Virus record (IMG/VR): IMGVR_UViG_3300047323_000428
Location: 21,208 to 85,207 of that record
Origin: a virus
Taxonomy: Duplodnaviria; Heunggongvirae; Uroviricota; Caudoviricetes
DNA: 64,000 bases
Reading direction: 5' to 3' (one strand)
Shown: positions 39,866 to 49,504 of the stretch, one piece after another
Numbering within the stretch: position 1 is the first letter of the stretch
Layout of the letters: each line of letters opens with the position of its first letter
Notes under the pieces: model-generated
Told to the model about the DNA's origin: nothing
Databases searched by the model: none
Seen by the model: only the letters and a program-made list of their open reading frames with translations
Made by a program: the position numbers and the translations under genes

Positions 39866-40858
39866 TTAGTCCCAGTCACCGAGCGTGCCGACGGCATAGT
39901 CCCCGACCTTTGCCTCGAAGAAGTTCGACTCTTCGCCTTCGCTGAACTTCTTGAACCACGGCACCGGGTTCTTTGCACCCGGATAGAGGTCGGACAGGCC
40001 GATTTCCCGCGCGTGTTCGTTCGCCGTGAATTCGAGAAAGCCACGCACGATCGGCTCGGTAATGCCCAGCACGCCCTTGCTGACGATGTAGCCGCCCCAC
40101 TTCGCCTCCAGATCCACCGCGCCGCGCAGGATCGCTTCCGCATCGCTCCAGAACTTGGCGTCGTAAAGCTCCGGGCGCTCCTGAATGTTCGTCTGGTGCA
40201 TCAGCTTGAACAGCTTCAGGTGGTTTCGCTCGTCGCGGTGAATCAATTTCACGCTGTCAGCGCTGCCAGTCATCTTTCCGTTACGTGCGAGCGCGTAGAA
40301 CGTCAGAAAAGCCGAGTAAAAATACAGGCCTTCTAAAGCGATGTTGGCGACGATCGAGCGTGCGAACTGCGCCGGCGTCTTGTCGCCTTCGAGCAAGCGC
40401 ACCTGTTCGAGAATGTGATCGTTCTTGGCCGCCAGCATCCCATCCTGCTCGAAGCGCATGTAGACCGCCATCGGATCGGCCGACACCGTCTCGACCATTT
40501 CGCTGTAGGCGTCCACGTGCAGCGCCTCTTCATACATTTGGCGCTTGATGCACATTTCGACCTCGGGGCTCGTGATGCACGCCTCGACGTTCGACAGACT
40601 GTGGAGCTGGAAGCCATCGAGGTTCGAGGCGAAGGCAAGCGCGCTGTCATAGGCGAAGCGCTCACCTTCCGTCAGGCGGTTGCGATAGCACGGGCCGTCC
40701 TCGGTTAAATCGGTTTCGTGCAAATCCCAGTTCGCGGCCTTCATGGTCTTCCACATATCGCGCGCCCACTTGTGCTTGGCAGGCGAGATCGCCATCAGGT
40801 CCGATTTCGGGCCGAAGGCGAGACGGCGATCATTGATGATTTTGGCGTGGTTGCTCAT
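39866..40858 (-). CDS. nrdB: Ribonucleotide reductase small subunit NrdB (class I)
   Basis: Ferritin-like di-iron motifs (LEGLYFYSAFLTFY, ERNHLKLF). ATG at 40856-40858 (M107 of the listed ORF). Confidence 0.8.
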   Translation of the reverse strand: MSNHAKIINDRRLAFGPKSDLMAISPAKHKWARDMWKTMKAANWDLHETDLTEDGPCYRNRLTEGERFAYDSALAFASNLDGFQLHSLSNVEACITSPEVEMCIKRQMYEEALHVDAYSEMVETVSADPMAVYMRFEQDGMLAAKNDHILEQVRLLEGDKTPAQFARSIVANIALEGLYFYSAFLTFYALARNGKMTGSADSVKLIHRDERNHLKLFKLMHQTNIQERPELYDAKFWSDAEAILRGAVDLEAKWGGYIVSKGVLGITEPIVRGFLEFTANEHAREIGLSDLYPGAKNPVPWFKKFSEGEESNFFEAKVGDYAVGTLGDWD

Positions 40859-41127
40859 GCAACTGCTCCAGGTGTGGGGTTCTGAACGAAGGGAAAGAGC
40901 GCGCGCTGCGCCTTCACCCCATGATCGAAGCCTGCGCGGCTGTAGAAAATGAGCGCGTCGCACATTTCGTCCAGCACGGATATCGGCAGCGTCGCCACGA
41001 GATCGGTCGGATCGCGCACGACAGGCGGCTGCGGCACCGGCATGATCGGCATGGCCGGAATCGGCACCGGCTGAACGGGTGCAGGCGCGCTCGCTTGCTG
41101 GCGCGGCTTGAATTCGAGGACTGTCAT
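40855..41127 (-). CDS. Small proline-rich protein encoded between nrdA and nrdB (90 aa)
   Basis: ATG ORF coupled (ATGA) to nrdB. Pro-rich N-terminal segment APAPVQPVPIPAMPIMPVPQPPV. Confidence 0.45.
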   Translation of the reverse strand: MTVLEFKPRQQASAPAPVQPVPIPAMPIMPVPQPPVVRDPTDLVATLPISVLDEMCDALIFYSRAGFDHGVKAQRALFPFVQNPTPGAVA

Positions 41128-41169
41128 TTCGGGTTCTCCAGGGAAAGCTCCCCGCGCGTGGCGGGGAGG

Positions 41170-41187
41170 TAGTCACTTTTGACTGTT
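41170..41187 (-). promoter_or_regulatory. PDM copy (TAGTCACTTTTGACTGTT)
   Basis: Immediately after the nrdA stop and 42 nt upstream of the 41127 start. Confidence 0.8.
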
Positions 41188-41190
41188 ATA

Positions 41191-43467
41191 TCATTGGCAC
41201 GAGGTGCAATCGGGGTTGTCGATCGAGCACAGGTTGATTTCCTGCTCCATGACGTCCACTGCGGCGGCCGCGGCCGAAGCGGAGACGGCCGGCGTCTCGT
41301 CTTCCTTCGCCTTCACCGACTCGGTGCGCAGGTAGTAGGTCGTCTTCAGACCGAGCTTCCACGCCGTCAGGTAAATGTCCGAAAGCACCTTGCCCTTCGT
41401 GCCGGCCTTGATCCAGATATTGGTGCTCTGGGCCTGGTCGATCCACTTCTGGCGGCGCGCGGCAGCCTTAACGATCCACATCGGGTCGATTTCGAAGGCC
41501 GTCTTCACCTTTTGACCGATGCGCTTGGCGTAGCGCAGGCTCGGCGCGATCACGAGGAACTTGCCGCCCATGTTCTTCTTGCTGTGGAACAGTTCGAAGT
41601 TCGGCTCGATGCAGGGCGACACGCCGATGATGTTGCTGATCGTCGCGGTCGGTGCAATCGCCATCGTGTTGCAGTTGCGCATGCCGTAGGTCATGACCTT
41701 GTGGCGCAGTTCGTCCCAGCCGTAATAGCCCGAGGTCGTCTTGTCGCGTGCCGTGTCGATCGGCAGAATGCCTTGCGACCACTTCGATCCTGCGAAAGTC
41801 GAATACGCACCGCGCTCCTTCGCCAGATTGCACGAGGCGTTGATCGCCTCGAACGACAGCGCTTCGAGCAGGTGGTCGTTGAGGTTCAGGCACTCGTCCG
41901 ACTCCCAATCGACGTCCATCTGCGCCATCAGGTCGGAAAGACCCATCAGGCCCAGACCGACCGGGCGGTGACGCAGGTTCGACGCCTTCGCCCGATCCGA
42001 CGGGTAGAAGTTAATGTCGATCACGTTGTCCAGCATGCGCATAGCCGTCTGCACCACGCGAGCAAAGCGCGCTTCGTCGGAGAAGGGATTGACCCGCGCG
42101 ACGTTCACGCTGCCGAGATTGCACACGAACGTCTCGTCCGGGCCATTGTTCAGGGCGATTTCCGTGCAGAGGTTCGAGTTGTGGATCGTGCCGACGTGCG
42201 ACTGCGGATTGCGCCGGTTCATTTCGTCCTTCCACGTCATCCACGGATTGCCCGTCTCGAACAGCGCGGTGAGCATTTCGCGCCAGAGGGTGACGGCTTC
42301 CGTCTCGCCCACATAGGCGCCCGCGGCCTCGAGCTCCTCATAGCGGGCCTTGAAGGCTTCGCCATGCAGCTCGTGCAGTTCCGGGTAGCTGTGCGGGTCG
42401 AAGAAGTGCCACTTGCCCTTCTGCTCGACGCGCTCCATGAAAAGATCGGGGATCCAGTTCGCCGGGAAGATATCGTGGCAGCGCTCGTGGTCATCGCCCG
42501 TGTTCTTGCGCAGCAACAGGAACGCCGGCAGGTCCGGGTGCCAGGTTTCCAGATACGGCGCGAACGAGCCCTTGCGCTTGCCGCCTTGGTTCACGGCGAC
42601 CGCCGTGTCGTTGTAGACCTTTAGGTAAGGCACGACACCGCTCGACTTGCCGTTGGTGCCCTTGATGTAGCTGTTCTTGCCGCGCACCGGGGTCCAGTCC
42701 GTGCCGATGCCGCCCGCGTATTTCGAGAGCAGCGCGCATTCGGTGATGGCGCCATAGATCGAGTCGTAGGGATGCTGGCCCGGATCGGAGACGATGGAGT
42801 CGCCCACCTGATTGCCGTAGCAGGACGACATTTGCTGGTGCAGCGTCGCGGAGTTGAACAGCGTTGGCGTCGAATTGATGAATTCGAAGCTCGACAGGAC
42901 GTTGTAGAACTCGATGGCGCGCAGCGTCGGATTGTCCTCGCGCAGCGCCAGGCCCATTGCGACGCGCATGAAGAAGTGCTGCGGCAGCTCCATGATGCGG
43001 CCTTCCGGCGTCTCACGGATGAAATACCGGTCGGCCAACGTCTGCATGCCGAGATAGTCGAATTGGTCGTCGCGCTCCGGGCGGATTGCGCCTTCGAGCA
43101 TCGTCAGGTCAAAGCGGCCGTCGAGGAGCTGCGGCGTGAGCTTTTCCGCGGCGACAGCGGCGGTCACATACGCCTGCAGCGGCGGATAGTTGATCGAGCC
43201 GACCGCTTCCTTGAAAATCTGCTGGCGCAACAGGCGCGCGGCGACGAACGTGTAGTCGGGCGCTTCGAGGCTGATGAGGCCACCGGCTGCGAGGATCGTG
43301 GCGCGGTGAATGTCGGTGGTGCTCATGCCGTCAAACAGCATGTCGCCCACGCTTGTCTCCAGTTCCGACTGCGAGACGTCCAGACCCGCGCAGGCCCAGG
43401 CCACGCACTTTTGGATCTTTTCGATGTTCAGGGCTTCGCGCGATCCGTCGCGCTTTTTGACTTCCAT
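41191..43467 (-). CDS. nrdA: Ribonucleotide reductase large subunit NrdA (class Ia, with an ATP-cone)
   Basis: ATP-cone at the N-terminus (VKKRDGSREALNIEKI), a catalytic core, and the C-terminal CxxC tail ...DCTSCQ. Confidence 0.85.
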   Translation of the reverse strand: MEVKKRDGSREALNIEKIQKCVAWACAGLDVSQSELETSVGDMLFDGMSTTDIHRATILAAGGLISLEAPDYTFVAARLLRQQIFKEAVGSINYPPLQAYVTAAVAAEKLTPQLLDGRFDLTMLEGAIRPERDDQFDYLGMQTLADRYFIRETPEGRIMELPQHFFMRVAMGLALREDNPTLRAIEFYNVLSSFEFINSTPTLFNSATLHQQMSSCYGNQVGDSIVSDPGQHPYDSIYGAITECALLSKYAGGIGTDWTPVRGKNSYIKGTNGKSSGVVPYLKVYNDTAVAVNQGGKRKGSFAPYLETWHPDLPAFLLLRKNTGDDHERCHDIFPANWIPDLFMERVEQKGKWHFFDPHSYPELHELHGEAFKARYEELEAAGAYVGETEAVTLWREMLTALFETGNPWMTWKDEMNRRNPQSHVGTIHNSNLCTEIALNNGPDETFVCNLGSVNVARVNPFSDEARFARVVQTAMRMLDNVIDINFYPSDRAKASNLRHRPVGLGLMGLSDLMAQMDVDWESDECLNLNDHLLEALSFEAINASCNLAKERGAYSTFAGSKWSQGILPIDTARDKTTSGYYGWDELRHKVMTYGMRNCNTMAIAPTATISNIIGVSPCIEPNFELFHSKKNMGGKFLVIAPSLRYAKRIGQKVKTAFEIDPMWIVKAAARRQKWIDQAQSTNIWIKAGTKGKVLSDIYLTAWKLGLKTTYYLRTESVKAKEDETPAVSASAAAAAVDVMEQEINLCSIDNPDCTSCQ

Positions 43468-43505
43468 GTCTTACCTTTGCTTTGCGTTGGAGGGGTTGGA
43501 ATAAT

Positions 43506-43523
43506 AAGTCAATTTTGACTGTT
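43506..43523 (-). promoter_or_regulatory. PDM copy (AAGTCAATTTTGACTGTT)
   Basis: 38 nt upstream of nrdA. On the minus strand it continues ...GACTTATTATTCC. Confidence 0.8.
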
Positions 43524-43541
43524 GCTCTATAAGCGCCGAAA

Positions 43542-44045
43542 TCACCATGCGTCGTCTGTGGTCATCGGCACGTCACGGCTTGGCCCCATGACCGAGGCCG
43601 CGTAGGCCGCCGCGTCGACCTGGTGGTATCGCCCAAACTCATCGACGCGACCTTTGGCGCTCAGGTCGAGCATGTATTCCTTCTCGAAGTGGCTTTTCAG
43701 GTCTTTATGCACGCCGGCTCTTATGTCGTAGGGGTCCGAGAATCGCGCCTCGAAAGCGGTCGCCGTCAGCTCCTTTGCACAACGGTTCTCATTGGCATGG
43801 CCGCGGTCGCAGTAAAGGCTCAACTTCGCGCCGTTCAGGCCCGAAGGCGACGGAATGAACTCCTGTTCGGCCACCCGGTGGCTGCACCGAGCGCATTTAG
43901 CAGCAACGTTCTCGCTCAGTCGAAGGAAATTCTCCTGGCAGATTTGCTCGGACGTGCGACCGTTGGAGAAGTGAAGCTCCATTTCGGAAATGCGCAAGCT
44001 GATCGGCTTCTCTGCGAGGTTGGGTTTGGTGGCGACGGCGCCCAT
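43542..44045 (-). CDS. Hypothetical Cys-containing protein (167 aa; C-terminus ...TTDDAW)
   Basis: ATG at 44043-44045 with a GGAGAG ribosome-binding site (M7 of the listed ORF). Confidence 0.5.
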   Translation of the reverse strand: MGAVATKPNLAEKPISLRISEMELHFSNGRTSEQICQENFLRLSENVAAKCARCSHRVAEQEFIPSPSGLNGAKLSLYCDRGHANENRCAKELTATAFEARFSDPYDIRAGVHKDLKSHFEKEYMLDLSAKGRVDEFGRYHQVDAAAYAASVMGPSRDVPMTTDDAW

Positions 44046-44058
44046 ATTGCTCTCCGGG

Positions 44059-44101
44059 GTCAAAACTGACTACGTGCAGATTATAGTCAGTTTTGACTGT
44101 T
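44059..44101. promoter_or_regulatory. Inverted pair of PDM copies: GTCAAAACTGACTA (44059-44072, opposite orientation) and TAGTCAGTTTTGACTGTT (44084-44101)
   Basis: This is the only copy in the window in the reverse orientation. The two copies together form a 43-bp palindromic arrangement between the RuvC-like gene and gene 43542-44045. Confidence 0.75.
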
Positions 44102-44116
44102 ACTCAGCAGGAAACT

Positions 44117-44701
44117 TCAGGCAGCTACCCGAAGACCCCGCATAAACGACAGCACGCTCTTGAGTTGGTCGGTCTTGAGGCCCGCCTCGATCGCCCCAAC
44201 CGCGTCGGCCAGGTGCTCGTTGGCCGCCACCGGCACCATCTGGCCTGCGCGCTTCGTGAGCAGCCAGTTGGCCTCCGGGAACTTCGTCATGGCCCACTCG
44301 ATCATTTCGTCCTTCGTGCCCGACTTGTAGCCGGTGCCGGCGAGCTTCACTTCGGTGGGCGTGACCTGAATGAGCGGAATCGGGCATGCCGCCAGGACGC
44401 CGATACAGACGCCATACGACGCCATTGCGCGCGCAGACTGCGAACCCACGGGAACTTCTGCGAACGCAAAGGAGGCGCCGTGACAAGCCTGAATGAGCCC
44501 TTCGTAGAGCTTCCTCGCGCGCTCCAGGTCTTCCGAGTTCTTGCGCACCACCTTCTTCACCTTCTTGTCCTTCTCGTTCTCGGTTTTCACGAGCACGAGG
44601 TCGTCGACGGTGTAGGCGAGCGTCTCGGGGTCGAGCGTCGCGCGTGCGATGCCGAAGTTGGACAGGCTCGGATCGAGCCCGACGATTTTGATGCCGTGCA
44701 T
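44117..44701 (-). CDS. RuvC-like Holliday-junction resolvase
   Basis: IVGLDPSLSNFGIA N-terminal catalytic-Asp motif and EHLADAVGAIEAGL C-terminal motif, characteristic of the RuvC/RNase H fold. Confidence 0.65.
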   Translation of the reverse strand: MHGIKIVGLDPSLSNFGIARATLDPETLAYTVDDLVLVKTENEKDKKVKKVVRKNSEDLERARKLYEGLIQACHGASFAFAEVPVGSQSARAMASYGVCIGVLAACPIPLIQVTPTEVKLAGTGYKSGTKDEMIEWAMTKFPEANWLLTKRAGQMVPVAANEHLADAVGAIEAGLKTDQLKSVLSFMRGLRVAA

Positions 44702-44702
44702 T

Positions 44703-44897
44703 TCAATATCTCCGCTTTTGCTGCTGGGCGTGTTCGCCTGCGATGGCGCCGGCCCAAATTAATAGGATGGCGGTTGCTGTTGCCGCCAGTGCAGCCGCTC
44801 CGCGCGTGGCGCAAATTGCTGCCGCGATCCACGCAAAGAGAAGGCCGCTGAACAGATAGCGCTGCGCCAGCGTGAGCTTGTTCCAGAGTGTTTTCAT
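44703..44897 (-). CDS. Small membrane protein (64 aa)
   Basis: ATG at 44895-44897 (M19 of the listed ORF). Two hydrophobic segments. Confidence 0.4.
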   Translation of the reverse strand: MKTLWNKLTLAQRYLFSGLLFAWIAAAICATRGAAALAATATAILLIWAGAIAGEHAQQQKRRY

Positions 44898-45154
44898 TCC
44901 ATCGCCTTTTGAAGCGCTGCCACAGCAGCAGTGAACAATTCCGCCTGCCAACCGCGGCCTCGGTAAACGTCAACGCCCAACACCGTGCGGCGCGGACGCA
45001 TCACGCCGAGCACGAAGGAGCGCTCCTTTACATTCACCGTAACCGCGCCATGCGGACTTGTGCCAACAGCCGGCTTGTGGATCGTCACGCAATCCGTGTC
45101 GTAGCGTCGAGCCTCCCACCCTTCCGGCAGGTTGATTGGCAGTTCCATCACCAT
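44894..45154 (-). CDS. Hypothetical protein (86 aa)
   Basis: ATG at 45152-45154 (M65 of the listed ORF), overlapping the upstream gene by 7 nt. Confidence 0.4.
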   Translation of the reverse strand: MVMELPINLPEGWEARRYDTDCVTIHKPAVGTSPHGAVTVNVKERSFVLGVMRPRRTVLGVDVYRGRGWQAELFTAAVAALQKAME

Positions 45155-45579
45155 GATCCGAACTCCGCGTATTGGGTCATCTTCTCGGCGTTGGCCTCGA
45201 GCTCGTCCTGGCGCTTCGCCTGCGCGGCGAGCTCCTCCTTCGCCTCCATCACGTCGGCGAGAATTGTGCGCATGTAGACAGGGAAGCCCGCGCCGAACAC
45301 TTCGCGGCATTGCTTCTCCGGCACTTCGAGGAAGTGGAAGTCGCACGGGTCGCGCGGCTTGAACACGATGATCGTGCCGTGCTTCTTGCCCACATACGCG
45401 CGCACCGGCTCGAATTCCTCGCCACCGATGAAGGGCTTGATGCTGAATTGGTCGTTCGTCTTTGTGGTGAGCTTTTGCGGGGCGCTCACCAAAAATCCGC
45501 TAGGCGCCTCCTTGAACGCGTCCGCGTATTGTTCGACCAGCTTGGCGAGTTCGGTTTGCTCGCCGGTTGCTTCTGCCAT
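45148..45579 (-). CDS. Hypothetical protein (143 aa; C-terminus ...YAEFGSW)
   Basis: ATG at 45577-45579 with a strong GAGGAGG ribosome-binding site. The frame stays open a further 300 nt upstream, so an N-terminal extension (GTG at 45885) cannot be excluded. Confidence 0.5.
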   Translation of the reverse strand: MAEATGEQTELAKLVEQYADAFKEAPSGFLVSAPQKLTTKTNDQFSIKPFIGGEEFEPVRAYVGKKHGTIIVFKPRDPCDFHFLEVPEKQCREVFGAGFPVYMRTILADVMEAKEELAAQAKRQDELEANAEKMTQYAEFGSW

Positions 45580-45838
45580 ATCGACCTCCTCGTCGAGTTT
45601 TGCCTTCGGTCGGGGCCGAGGCTTGGTTCCGTTGCGATAGTGGAGCTCTTCCCGGTAGGCATCGGGCCCGCCGGGGAATGAGTCAGCCTCCCGACTGCTG
45701 AAGCCGGGAATGAGGGCGTCGGAGGCTAGAATCGCCCCCGCGCGCTTCGTGGAGACGGTGCGCTCCGAAGCGCGCGACCGTCCAAGAGGATCAGAGGGTT
45801 CGACCATGCTCAGTGACTTGCCAAAGAACGCGTCGCTG

Positions 45839-47791
45839 TTAAACGGAGCCACGTTCGGTTGCTCCTGAGACGGTCGTGACGCCACCGCTCTTTTCTGCCG
45901 TGATGACCGTGTCGACCCAGTCGGCGAGGCTGTTGTGGGAGATCACCAACACCGTGCCGCGCTCGCGTGCTTTCTTCTCCAGCACCGTCATCAGCCGCTC
46001 GAGGCCCGCCTCGTCGAGTGCGTGATCCACTTCGTCGGCGACATAGAGGTTGATCGGCTTCGTTGCGCGCGTCGCCACCATGTCCTGCAGCGCCATCGAC
46101 GCAGCAAGGCGTGCCTTGCGCTTCTCACCGCCCGACAGACCCGCGAACGACTTCGCACCCTTGTCGTTGGTGACTTCGATGTTGAACTTCTCCTTCAACT
46201 CGCCCTTCGCCGTCTTGGCGAGCGTGTTCCAGGTCGCGTGAATGTTGCCGTCGGCCAAGATGCCGAGATAGTCGCTCGTCTGGTCGTTGAGAATCGGCGT
46301 CACGGTGTCGAGAATGTGGGCGCGCACGCCGGCCGGTCCGTAGACCTTCGCCACCGTCTGCGCGATTTCGTTCTCGGTGACGGCCTTCTCCAGCGCCTTC
46401 TCAGCTTCTTCGAGCCGGCGCTTTATGTTTTCTTCCTTCACGCGCGCGGTGGCTTCGACCTTTTGCCAGGGGTTTTCAGCTTCCAGGTGCGCTTTCGCCG
46501 CATCCTTGATCGTGTTGATCTGCAAGCCGAGCGTCGTGCTATGCCGCGTGAGTGCGCGCACTTCGTTGAGGGTGTCGTTCAGATGCTTGTGCTCGCGCGC
46601 CACTTCGCTCACGTCAGTCATCGACGCTTCGAATTTCGTGGCGACGTCTTGCAGCGCTTTGAGTTCTTCCTGCGCGGTGCGAATGGCTTGTGCGATCGGC
46701 AGCAATCCCGCCTTCTGCTCGCTGATCGTTTTGACGCGCGCAGCCTTCGCAGCCTCCAAGTCGTGCTCGCAGTAGGTCTTGCCGCACTCACCGCACGGTT
46801 TGCCAATCTGCGATTCGATTTCGGCGAGCATCTTTTGCTGCGCTTCCAGCCCCTTCTTGCCACCGGCGAGCGAACCCATCGCGGTCGCAATCTCGCGCTC
46901 CTTCCTCGCCACCGCCGCCTTGTGAGCGTCGAGCGTCTTTTGTTCCGCCTTCTGCCCATCAAGCCGCGACTGACAACCTGCCACGCGCTTTTCGAGCGTG
47001 GCTTCGTCGGGCAGCTCGCCGCGCTTCTTGGTGTTTTCAACGATCTGGGCGTTGATCGGTGGGATCTTGGCAAGCTCGGCGCGCGCACGGTCCTTGCGCT
47101 GCGCTTCGAATAGCGCCTTTTGCTCCTCTGCAGCCTTCACTTCATCGCCCGCCACAGTGAGCGCGGCCACCTCACGGTCACGGTCGGCACGCGCAGCCTT
47201 CTCTGCAGCTTCGGCGGTGAGCGCACGCTTTCGCGCCTCCGCATAGGCTTCGGTCAGCACTTCGACGCCGGCCGCTTCCTCGATGAGCGTCTTGAGCGCC
47301 TTGTCGGTCATTCCAGGCAAATCTGGCATCTTCTCCTGGCCCGCATAGACGGCAGCGGCGAACACTTCTTTGGAGGCGCCGACGATCTTCTCGACCACCT
47401 TCTGCGTCTCCTTGTCGGTGCCCTTGCTCAGATCGACAGTCGGGCTGCCGGCGACAAGTTGCTTGACGATCAAGGCGTTCTTGATTTCCTTGCTCTTGCG
47501 ACCGCGCGAGATTTCGTAGGTGTCGTCACCGTCCTCGATCACAATGCTGACGTGGCAGTCCTTGCCGGCCGTGTCGTTGATAACGTCATCGCCCGAGACG
47601 CCACGCGCAGTTTCGCCGTAGAGCACCCAGAACAGCGCGTCGACGATGGACGATTTGCCCGCACCGTTGGACTTGGCTGACGGATCATCGAGGTTCGAGC
47701 CCTGAATGAGCAGCAGACCGCGGTTGTCCAGCTCCAGCTTGGCGGAGCCGATGGTCAGAAAGTTGCGTATGAAAAGCGATTTGACGTCCAT
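45839..47791 (-). CDS. SbcC/Rad50-like (gp46-like) recombination ATPase
   Basis: Walker A GAGKSS, a central coiled coil with a CxxC zinc hook (CGECGKTYC), ABC signature LSGGEKR and a D-loop ADEVD. Confidence 0.85.
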   Translation of the reverse strand: MDVKSLFIRNFLTIGSAKLELDNRGLLLIQGSNLDDPSAKSNGAGKSSIVDALFWVLYGETARGVSGDDVINDTAGKDCHVSIVIEDGDDTYEISRGRKSKEIKNALIVKQLVAGSPTVDLSKGTDKETQKVVEKIVGASKEVFAAAVYAGQEKMPDLPGMTDKALKTLIEEAAGVEVLTEAYAEARKRALTAEAAEKAARADRDREVAALTVAGDEVKAAEEQKALFEAQRKDRARAELAKIPPINAQIVENTKKRGELPDEATLEKRVAGCQSRLDGQKAEQKTLDAHKAAVARKEREIATAMGSLAGGKKGLEAQQKMLAEIESQIGKPCGECGKTYCEHDLEAAKAARVKTISEQKAGLLPIAQAIRTAQEELKALQDVATKFEASMTDVSEVAREHKHLNDTLNEVRALTRHSTTLGLQINTIKDAAKAHLEAENPWQKVEATARVKEENIKRRLEEAEKALEKAVTENEIAQTVAKVYGPAGVRAHILDTVTPILNDQTSDYLGILADGNIHATWNTLAKTAKGELKEKFNIEVTNDKGAKSFAGLSGGEKRKARLAASMALQDMVATRATKPINLYVADEVDHALDEAGLERLMTVLEKKARERGTVLVISHNSLADWVDTVITAEKSGGVTTVSGATERGSV

Positions 47792-48066
47792 TATTCTTGC
47801 CCCTCGATGTATTCCTTGATGACGTCGCCATGACAGGCGAGCGGTTTGCAGAAGCAGCCCAAGCGCTTACCCTTGAGAGCCATCACACGGTCGTGAAAAC
47901 CGGGGTCGGCACGCAGCCTCTCCCTGAAATGCGAGCGATAGCCCTCGATCACCTCGTCGCGCGTGCCATTCGGTCCGATCTGATACGGGTTGCCGAACTC
48001 GGAGCCGCGCCCGATGTAGACGTCGAAGGCGTCGCGGTGCTTGTTCACAACGACGGTTTGGCTCAT
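47791..48066 (-). CDS. DUF4326 family protein (91 aa)
   Basis: ATG at 48064-48066 with a GGAGG ribosome-binding site (M111 of the listed ORF). Conserved NPY/CxC pattern ...GSEFGNPYQ...LGCFCKPLACHGDV. Confidence 0.55.
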   Translation of the reverse strand: MSQTVVVNKHRDAFDVYIGRGSEFGNPYQIGPNGTRDEVIEGYRSHFRERLRADPGFHDRVMALKGKRLGCFCKPLACHGDVIKEYIEGQE

Positions 48067-48434
48067 TCCGACACCTCCATGCCAAATCTCGAAGCGACGA
48101 AGCAGCGCATTGCGGCGATAAGTGGCGTTGGGCCGTCCGCATAGAGAGCCTCTTTGTCCTGCTCGCCAATCAACAAGCTCGCCTGCCAGCCCGCCTTCGT
48201 TCGGGAATAGCGTTCTGCCGGGCTTACCTCGATTCGCTCCCGCTCGAAGATCGGGCCGCCTTCGTTCCAGCGTGTCGACGGCGCATAGCTGTCGAAGTAA
48301 ACGCGCGGCAGCGGGCCGCCAGTCGTTCGGGAGAGAATCGCCGTGTCGCTCGCGGCGCTCAAACGCACCGTCAGTCCTTCGGCCTTCCCGACCCAATAGT
48401 CGAGCAGCGCGCCGGTCATATCCGCGACCTTCAT
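48063..48434 (-). CDS. DUF2591-like phage protein (123 aa)
   Basis: N-terminus MKVADMTGALLDYWVGKAEG is typical of this family. The ATGA junction overlaps the next gene. Confidence 0.5.
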   Translation of the reverse strand: MKVADMTGALLDYWVGKAEGLTVRLSAASDTAILSRTTGGPLPRVYFDSYAPSTRWNEGGPIFERERIEVSPAERYSRTKAGWQASLLIGEQDKEALYADGPTPLIAAMRCFVASRFGMEVSE

Positions 48435-49504
48435 GCTTCTACCGCGCGAACGGAATCGAGCACGTCTTGGCAGGCCTTTGCGACCGCCGCTTCGTGAGGG
48501 CTGCCGATGCTCTTCACATAGTCGAAAACCGAGCCATCGAGCGTCGTGCTTCGAATGGCCGAGCCTGCGGCGCGCGTCACCGCCGTCGCGCTCTTTTGCA
48601 CGTTCAGCACCACGCCGGCCGCGCCCTTCTCGACGAGGAATGCACGCAGCGCTTCGACTTCTTCCATCTTCGCGGTGTGAATGGTCGCGCGCACGTAGTT
48701 GCCATCGACGATCATCGGCACGTCATCGGGGTCGGTAGAAGCGTCGAGCTCCACGAACTCGGGCGCGTGCGACTTCATCCACGTAACCGCCTTCTCTTCG
48801 ACGATGAGGAAGCCCGACTTGGCGCCGACGTCGCTCCAGGTCTGCGGCGTGAGTGAGCCGATGCTGTAGACGCCTTTGCCCAGGTTCTTGTGAGCGTGGT
48901 AGTGGCCTGCAAAGACGCGACGGAAGCCGAGCGAGCCCAAATAGGCGGGGTCGAGTCCGTGATCCGGGATGCCGGGGATGACGCCATCGACCGGTGCGTG
49001 GATCATCAGGTCACAGGCGGCGCGGTCTGCCGGGTCGATGGACTCGATCTGCTTTTTCAGCCCTTCGATCGACGGATTCCAGGGGATCATGGCGACGTCA
49101 TCGCTCGCAGCGAGCCCGCCGAGATTGAAGCCGTTGACGACCTTGCAGCCGATGCCTTCGAGCGCGGTGATGGCGCTGCTGATGCGCGACGCCTCTTTGT
49201 GCTCTAAATCATGATTCCCTGCGAGAATCACAATTTGCACGCCCATGTCCAAGATGGACTTGTAGGTATCGATCGTCGGATTCAAAACGGACGGAGCAAT
49301 GGAACCCCGAACGTGAAACAAATCACCGGCGTGATACATGACGCTTCCGCCAGCTTTCTTGACCTCCTGAGCGCACCGGACAGTCTCATCCAGGATCATT
49401 TGCAAACGACTGTTCACGCCATTAGGCAGCGTTGTCGAAAACGCGTGCCACGAATGATTGTGCGTGTCAGAAATTACGCCATACGGTTTCATAACCACCC
49501 CCAT
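48431..49504 (-). CDS. SbcD/Mre11-like (gp47-like) nuclease
   Basis: Calcineurin-like phosphoesterase motifs DTHNH, GDLFH and GNHD. Confidence 0.85.
   Translation of the reverse strand: MGVVMKPYGVISDTHNHSWHAFSTTLPNGVNSRLQMILDETVRCAQEVKKAGGSVMYHAGDLFHVRGSIAPSVLNPTIDTYKSILDMGVQIVILAGNHDLEHKEASRISSAITALEGIGCKVVNGFNLGGLAASDDVAMIPWNPSIEGLKKQIESIDPADRAACDLMIHAPVDGVIPGIPDHGLDPAYLGSLGFRRVFAGHYHAHKNLGKGVYSIGSLTPQTWSDVGAKSGFLIVEEKAVTWMKSHAPEFVELDASTDPDDVPMIVDGNYVRATIHTAKMEEVEALRAFLVEKGAAGVVLNVQKSATAVTRAAGSAIRSTTLDGSVFDYVKSIGSPHEAAVAKACQDVLDSVRAVEA

Noticed and set aside
39866-41176. 436-aa NrdB with a 106-residue Arg/Ala-rich N-terminal extension
   Set aside because: The extension overlaps the separate 90-aa gene 40855-41127 in another frame. 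The canonical NrdB begins at the internal ATG at 40858.
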